DNA of 64,000 bases from Candidatus Moraniibacteriota bacterium. GTDB taxonomy: Bacteria; Patescibacteriota; Minisyncoccia; Moranbacterales; GCA-2747515. Of the stretch, positions 58,625 to 64,000 are shown piece by piece. The position numbers and the translations under genes are program-made. Each line of letters starts with the position of its first letter. Within the stretch, counting starts at the first letter, position 1. The notes below the pieces were generated by a model. It was not told the origin of the DNA. It ran no database searches and worked only from the letters and a program-made list of their open reading frames with translations. The stretch is from positions 1,075,449 to 1,139,448 of the forward strand of contig CP065011.1 in assembly GCA_016699795.1 (NCBI GenBank), read 5' to 3'.

Positions 58625-59248
58625 ATGGAATTTCTAAAGAAAAACTTCGTTATATTCCTTGCTTTTACATTGCCTATCCTATTTATAATAGGCGTTGCTT
58701 TGAGTATCTATATTCCATCATTCTTTCTATCCACTAATTATAATTTTGTTTACATATATTGTGCTGAGATTGAGACATATCTTTATGCGAGTTGCCCCGC
58801 TTATCTTGAAAAGCGTTATTCAGTTGTAGGCAATAAACTGATCACTCATGACTTAGATTATTCCGCCTTAAATTTAGACAATAATGAAATGCTGAAACCT
58901 AGAGAAGTCTATGACATCAAAAATTATGACATCCATTTTTTCGTACATGATACGAAAAAAAATGAAGGTAAAGAAATTACATTTGAAGAAACTCAATCCT
59001 TAACACTAAATAATCTCTCAGCATCACCTGATGGTGTTACGATTTCAGACTATGACTATTACGATAGAAGAAGAGGAAGTATTTTTTTTAACTTTTTCGG
59101 AGGAGATTCTTCTTCTTCTTATGGTTATTATCTTACGAAAGGAAATGGTAAAACTAAAATAAACCTATTCAATACTATTAATAATAAATATGATTATCAA
59201 GAAAATGATTTTCATTTTATAGGATGGGTGTTACCCGGAAGAAATTAA
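58625..59248 (+). CDS. hypothetical membrane-anchored protein
   Basis: 207 aa with an N-terminal TM helix and an Asn/Tyr-rich extracytoplasmic region. Confidence 0.4.
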   Translation: MEFLKKNFVIFLAFTLPILFIIGVALSIYIPSFFLSTNYNFVYIYCAEIETYLYASCPAYLEKRYSVVGNKLITHDLDYSALNLDNNEMLKPREVYDIKNYDIHFFVHDTKKNEGKEITFEETQSLTLNNLSASPDGVTISDYDYYDRRRGSIFFNFFGGDSSSSYGYYLTKGNGKTKINLFNTINNKYDYQENDFHFIGWVLPGRN

Positions 59249-59273
59249 CTAATACTATTTTTTAATACTCTTT

Positions 59274-60251
59274 ATGGATAAAGAAGAATTATTACAAGAA
59301 CTTTCAGCGAAAATATATACGGGAGAAATAAGTCGTGAAGAAATAGTAAATCGTTTTGTTCTTGCTCAAACAGCACAAAATGAAGTTAAAATGGAAAATT
59401 TGAAAGACACCCCCTTCTTTTCCATAACAAAAATGCTTTATGTTTTAGGAATAGCTATTGTAATTATTGGAATTATTATTTTCATCTCTCAAATTTGGTA
59501 TGATTTGGGATCTTTTGGTCGTATAATCATTACCTTGGGACTTGGTTTTCTGTTCGCCGCTATTGGTTCTCTATTGCTCAAAAATAAACCTGATGAAAAT
59601 ATTGGTGCTATTTTTCATTTCATTGGGGGCGTATTAATTCCTGGGGGATCACTTGTTACACTTTCAGAATTAAGTACTGGATCTGATTCTTTATGGCCAC
59701 TCGCCTTTACCTTTGGTATTATTTTTATATTTTATCTCTTACTCAATTCTGTACACAAAAATGCTATTTTAACTTTTTTTGCGATAATTAATGGCACAGC
59801 CTTTGTTTATTTTCTTTTTGATGCAATTACAAACGCTTCACTTTATAGTGAAGATTTATACGCCTATCTCACTATGATAATGGGATTGAGTTACTTATTG
59901 TTAGCACATACGTTCCGTAATGGCTGGAATGAGAAACTTATTAGGATTCTTTATTTTTTCGGCGCGCTTGGTTTTTTTGGAGCTGCTTTTTCGCAAGTAT
60001 TTGATTCTGTTTTATGGCAAATATTTTATTTTATTCTTGTTATTGGAGGTCTTTTCTTATCTATATATATGAAAAGTCGTAGCATTTTAATCATAAGCAC
60101 TCTTTTTCTTATCGCACATGTCTCGTATATCACAAGTGAATATTTTGCAAATTCACTTGGTTGGCCAATTTCTCTTGTGATTCTCGGTCTCATCTTTATT
60201 GGACTTGGTTATATTTCAATCAATATTAACAGAAAATACATTGCCAATTAG
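59274..60251 (+). CDS. hypothetical polytopic membrane protein
   Basis: 325 aa. An ~50-aa cytoplasmic N-terminus is followed by 8-9 TM helices. Confidence 0.45.
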   Translation: MDKEELLQELSAKIYTGEISREEIVNRFVLAQTAQNEVKMENLKDTPFFSITKMLYVLGIAIVIIGIIIFISQIWYDLGSFGRIIITLGLGFLFAAIGSLLLKNKPDENIGAIFHFIGGVLIPGGSLVTLSELSTGSDSLWPLAFTFGIIFIFYLLLNSVHKNAILTFFAIINGTAFVYFLFDAITNASLYSEDLYAYLTMIMGLSYLLLAHTFRNGWNEKLIRILYFFGALGFFGAAFSQVFDSVLWQIFYFILVIGGLFLSIYMKSRSILIISTLFLIAHVSYITSEYFANSLGWPISLVILGLIFIGLGYISININRKYIAN

Positions 60252-60414
60252 ATTTTTTCTCCAATAAAAAATCTTTAGCAATTCCCTCTTTCTTCATCAT
60301 TTCAATCGAGTAAGCGTAGTGAGTGAGTCGAGACTTGGTCCACCTCTGGTGGAGATCCCTCCTTTTTATGAATATAAGTTCAAAGAGTTTTTTTCCTCCT
60401 CCCCTCCTCCCCTC

Positions 60415-63400
60415 CTACCCTCCCGTCCAAGCAAAGATTTCTTTGAAGTTCTTTATGATGAGTTCTACAACAGATTCTTTTGTTTGTGGTGTAAGGGTGA
60501 TGTAGTCTTTGGTTATGGTTTCATTCCCACTCAGATCTTTTACTATGACTTTGTAAGAGTAGAGAGTTCCTGGTTTCCAAGAGGTGAGTACAATGATGTG
60601 ATTCTTTGTTGGGGAAGAACTTACATTCACTGTTTTTTCTTCTCCTGCTCTTCCTTCTTTGTAGATGAGGGAGGAAGAAGCATCTTCATCTGTTTGCCAG
60701 TTAATAATCATTTGTACTTTTCCGTTTTGTGAAAGAGCGGAGTCGGTAGAGACTCTTTCTACTGTAGGAGAAGTTTCATCTTTTTGCATAGTGAATTCTA
60801 TCTCATCAGAGAGAGTTTCATTTCCCATATCATCTCTGACTCGTACAGTAAGAACGTAGTTTTCTCCAGGAGTGAGTTCTTTGAGGGTGAGGGAGTGAGT
60901 TTGGAGGAGGGAGGGATTTCCTTCACTCTTTTGATCTTCTTCTTTGTTTTTGTTTTTGTAGGTTACAAGAGAGTCGGTAAGAGTATCAGTAAGGAAGTTT
61001 ACTTTTGCTTCTCTGTCTGAAAGAACTTCTATCTTGATTTCTTTGATTTGTGGTGGAGACTTTGGTTCAAAGGTAGAGTCGGAAGAAGAGAAGAGATTTT
61101 TTGATTCATCTTCTCCTTTTACTCGGAAGTGGTAGGTAGAGTTTTCTAAAAGATTGTTTATGATAATTTCATGATCTTTTTTGAGTTCTTCACTTTTTCT
61201 TGTTTGTCCATAGTTTTCTGTGTTTCCATATTCAACAATAGAGGTAGTGGGAGTGGAAGTTTTCCATGTGATAGTTGTTTCCCCTATTTGTTTGGAAGAA
61301 GCTTTAATGGAAGAGATGGAAGAAGGAGATTGCGTTTGGAAGGTTTGTTGGGAGGAGGTGCCTATGTTTCCGGCGGTGTCGGAAGAACTTGCTCTAAAAA
61401 AATACTTTGTTGAAGGAATGAGTCCTCTCATAACAACAGAATGAGAAGTTGTGTATTTAGTAAGATCTGTATTTACAACGTCATTTCCCACAATAAGTCC
61501 ATATTCTTTTGTATTTCCGTATTGAACATTACTATTCCCCACTTCATCCGTCTCCCAACTCACCACAGCACTCTCTCCTGTAATGTCTTTGACTTTGACT
61601 CCTGAGATAGAGGGAGGAGTAGATTCTGCTTGTTCACTTCCACTGTCTACTTGTTTGAGTTTTGTTGTGAAGCTTTTTTCTTCACTCTCTATGAGGGTTC
61701 CAAGATTATCTTCACAAAGAAGTTTGTAGAAGTAGGTTGTGTTAAAGATGAGTCCTCCAAGATGCAGGGAATGGAGTGTGTCATAGATTCCTGTCGCTTC
61801 TGTTTGAGGAATTTCATTGTAGGATCTACTGGTTGTGCCATATTCCAAGACACAGTTAGCGATTTGGTCCGTTTCGAAAGTAATCACCGCTTTTGTATCA
61901 GTAAGAATATGAGGAGGATTCGATATATTGGTAATACTCGTTATTGGAGGATGATCGTATTCAGGATCTACCAAAGTAGTAAATGTTTTAAGATCACTCT
62001 GTGCTTCGTTTTGATTGATATCTCGTACGACGAATCGATATTCATACGTAGTTTCAGGAAGGAGATTTTTTATGATGATATAGTGTGATCTGTCATAGGT
62101 GGAAGTCGTTGTGGTTTCTTGGAAACTAGCACTTCCTTGTTTTCGGAAATATAGTTTGTTACTTGAAGGTTCATCGGTAGTAAATGTGATCACTGCATCA
62201 TTATTGGAAACCACAGGTGTTTCGATATTAGAAAACACAGGAGGATCAGTATCAAGTGTCGTACGGAATTGAAAATAGTTTCCTCCATTATTGTCATTGG
62301 CAATGTTTCCTTGTGAGTCGGTGGAGGTAACGCGAAAATAATGATCCGTTCCTTGACTCAGTCCGGAAAGCGTTATGGAATGATTCTTGGTAAGAACACT
62401 GGAACCAGAGATAGTAATGGGATCTTGAAGTTGTCCATTGTTTTTTTGTTCACTGTAATTTATGACGGTATTAGCAGGAACATTAGTATCCCAAACAATA
62501 GTAGCTTGATTGTTGTAAGACGATGCGACAGAAACATTACTGATAGAAGGTCCAGGATTCGTTGTGACTTCATATCCATTGCCATTATTGTCATTGACTC
62601 CGGTATTGCCTTGAGGATCAGTAGAGGCAACTTTGAAATAGTACGTGGTATTGGGTGTGAGGTTGGTAACGGTAACACTGTGAATACCCGCTCCTCCCCC
62701 TCCATCGGAAAAGGTAGGAACACCTACTTGTTTGGTATAGATTCCTTGAGAGGTTCCATATTCTATTGTTGAGTTGGAGAGTTCATCTGTTTCCCAGGTA
62801 GCCGTGAATGTTGTGGTGTCTATTTGAGTAATTGTTACATTAGCAAGAGTAGGAACATCTCCATCACTTCCTCCTCCCCCTTCTCCGAAGTCTTGGACTC
62901 CATTGGCTTTGGCGGTAACGGTTTGTGAGAAGAAAGAAACATTTCCTTGTTGATCGGTTGTCTTTACTTTGTAAGCATAGAGTATACTCTCTTGCGTTGT
63001 GGCATCGGTAAGGAAATTATTCGTTCGAGAGGTTACGCTATTTAAGAGGGTGAAGGCTCCTTCATTTTCACTTCGATAGAGTTTGTAATTAGCAAATCCT
63101 CCTATAGGTTCTGCTACCGTTTTAAATCCTACAAAGACTCGATACTCAGGAGGAGTCATGAGCATATTACTCGTATCTTGTGTCATGATTCTTGTAGGAG
63201 TCTCTATCGTTTGGGTGGAGATAATTGGCGTTTCATTTCCGTATTGATCTTTGAAGCGGACATAGATAATGTCAGGATCAGTTTCAAGTTTGATAGTTGT
63301 GTTTGCATTAAATACTTCCCAGTTTGCATCAGAGAGATCAGCAAGGAGGGAGATTTTCATAGAAACATTAGAGTCATCACTCATTCCAAGAGTGAGAGCT

Positions 63401-64000
63401 GATGTGGTGGAGGGAATGGTGAGGTCTTGAGTAGAAGCATCGACAAGGAGGGAGGGATTGGTGGGAGTTTTTGTATCCAGTGTAAAGGTATTGGATTCTT
63501 GTGTTGCTGTATTGTTTGCTCCTTCATTGTCCCCTATAGTGACACGAATCTTGGCTGATCCAGAAAGATAGAGATTTGAGTGAGAAAGTGAAGGAGTCCA
63601 GGTAGCTGTGTGTGTTGTGTACGAATCTTGATTCACTGCTTTGTTTTGTACATCTTCGGGAGCTAGAGTATTAGAAGCAATGCTTTCCCATGAATCTCCA
63701 TCCCAATAGGAAAAGCTCGGAGTAATAAATCCTGGAGTATTGGTTCCTGTAGTTGTATCAGGATCTTTGACTTCGTAGGTGATATCTACTGTTTTATCTG
63801 TATTGGGAGTAGCAGTTACATTTTGAATCATAGGAGAAGCGTTTACCAGATAGGTAAGCGTTACTTGAGAAAGTGTTGGAGTGGCTCCGGTGTTTTCATT
63901 AGAAAGCCAGGTAGCATACTGTAACCATTGATCATTGTTTCCTTCTAGATGTATGGGATTGGTAGATTCTCCTTGTGGTGTTGTTTCGTAAAAACTCGAA
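60415..64000 (-). CDS. giant surface protein with tandem fibronectin-type-III-like repeats (5'-truncated by window edge)
   Basis: At least 8 repeats of the pattern L.P.T.Y.FRV...D..GN (e.g. VTVTNLTPNTTYYFKVASTDPQGNTG; ITLSGLSQGTDHYFRVTSTDSQGNIA). Thr/Ser/Asn-rich. My translation upstream of the listed Met (63831) stays open to position 64000, so the gene continues beyond the window. Confidence 0.6.
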   Translation of the reverse strand, partial: SSFYETTPQGESTNPIHLEGNNDQWLQYATWLSNENTGATPTLSQVTLTYLVNASPMIQNVTATPNTDKTVDITYEVKDPDTTTGTNTPGFITPSFSYWDGDSWESIASNTLAPEDVQNKAVNQDSYTTHTATWTPSLSHSNLYLSGSAKIRVTIGDNEGANNTATQESNTFTLDTKTPTNPSLLVDASTQDLTIPSTTSALTLGMSDDSNVSMKISLLADLSDANWEVFNANTTIKLETDPDIIYVRFKDQYGNETPIISTQTIETPTRIMTQDTSNMLMTPPEYRVFVGFKTVAEPIGGFANYKLYRSENEGAFTLLNSVTSRTNNFLTDATTQESILYAYKVKTTDQQGNVSFFSQTVTAKANGVQDFGEGGGGSDGDVPTLANVTITQIDTTTFTATWETDELSNSTIEYGTSQGIYTKQVGVPTFSDGGGGAGIHSVTVTNLTPNTTYYFKVASTDPQGNTGVNDNNGNGYEVTTNPGPSISNVSVASSYNNQATIVWDTNVPANTVINYSEQKNNGQLQDPITISGSSVLTKNHSITLSGLSQGTDHYFRVTSTDSQGNIANDNNGGNYFQFRTTLDTDPPVFSNIETPVVSNNDAVITFTTDEPSSNKLYFRKQGSASFQETTTTSTYDRSHYIIIKNLLPETTYEYRFVVRDINQNEAQSDLKTFTTLVDPEYDHPPITSITNISNPPHILTDTKAVITFETDQIANCVLEYGTTSRSYNEIPQTEATGIYDTLHSLHLGGLIFNTTYFYKLLCEDNLGTLIESEEKSFTTKLKQVDSGSEQAESTPPSISGVKVKDITGESAVVSWETDEVGNSNVQYGNTKEYGLIVGNDVVNTDLTKYTTSHSVVMRGLIPSTKYFFRASSSDTAGNIGTSSQQTFQTQSPSSISSIKASSKQIGETTITWKTSTPTTSIVEYGNTENYGQTRKSEELKKDHEIIINNLLENSTYHFRVKGEDESKNLFSSSDSTFEPKSPPQIKEIKIEVLSDREAKVNFLTDTLTDSLVTYKNKNKEEDQKSEGNPSLLQTHSLTLKELTPGENYVLTVRVRDDMGNETLSDEIEFTMQKDETSPTVERVSTDSALSQNGKVQMIINWQTDEDASSSLIYKEGRAGEEKTVNVSSSPTKNHIIVLTSWKPGTLYSYKVIVKDLSGNETITKDYITLTPQTKESVVELIIKNFKEIFAWTGG

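Noticed and set aside
60319-60732. 137-aa + strand ORF with a Pro/Ser-rich stretch at the 3' end of the giant Fn3 gene
   Set aside because: It is antisense to the strongly supported 1138+ aa repeat protein. The CCTCC-rich run (PPPLLPSRPS) is the complement of the gene's 3' region.
1-64000. Global UGA recoding (genetic code 4 or 25, as in Gracilibacteria/SR1), considered to explain the in-frame TGA at ~26020
   Set aside because: Long genes (hsdR 785 aa, the P-type ATPase 957 aa, the Fn3 protein >1100 aa, pyrG, argS) are uninterrupted under the standard code. A recoded genome would leave many in-frame TGAs. The single TGA is therefore local.
1-64000. CRISPR array, integrase, transposase, or retron reverse transcriptase associated with the defence island
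   Set aside because: No regularly spaced short repeats were found. No ORF shows recombinase or transposase motifs (tyrosine-recombinase RHRY, DDE) or the RT YADD box. The only repeats are the 111-bp and ~70-bp pairs described.

Overview
This is a low-GC (about 33-35%), gene-dense, mostly minus-strand window that looks like a reduced-genome bacterium, probably CPR/Patescibacteria-like. Supporting this inference are a short AlaS lacking the C-Ala domain, an archaeal-type UMP kinase, an isopentenyl-phosphate-kinase-like gene, many GT4/GT2 envelope-glycan genes and a giant Fn3-repeat surface protein. The standard genetic code is in use.

Housekeeping genes are dusB-like (partial), galE, pyrH, rpmA, pyrG, rplI, galU, rmlA-like, glyA, an ABC-F ATPase, msrB, an orphan korB-like subunit, argS, a MiaB-like methylthiotransferase, alaS, tRNA-Ile(GAU) and a P2-type cation ATPase.

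The most interesting part is a complete Type I R-M locus (hsdR-hsdM...hsdS, about 29.3-36.3 kb) that carries cargo in two places. Three genes sit between hsdM and hsdS: a DUF3800 protein, a PadR-like winged-helix protein with a C-terminal TM helix, and a 211-aa helical protein with a HEPN-like R-x3-H motif. A GC-rich ~130-nt structured element with an intrinsic terminator lies among them. Immediately upstream of hsdR, a RhuM-Doc/Fic fusion plus a RhuM paralogue are bracketed by ~111-bp direct repeats, followed by a 679-aa FHA-domain protein.

Several signs of genome flux are also visible. msrB is bracketed by ~70-bp direct repeats. One gene is interrupted by a single in-frame TGA. An orphan 82-aa SPASM-motif remnant has no radical-SAM core. 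Two segments have elevated GC (7.8-9.5 kb and 21.8-22.3 kb). No CRISPR array, integrase or transposase was seen.
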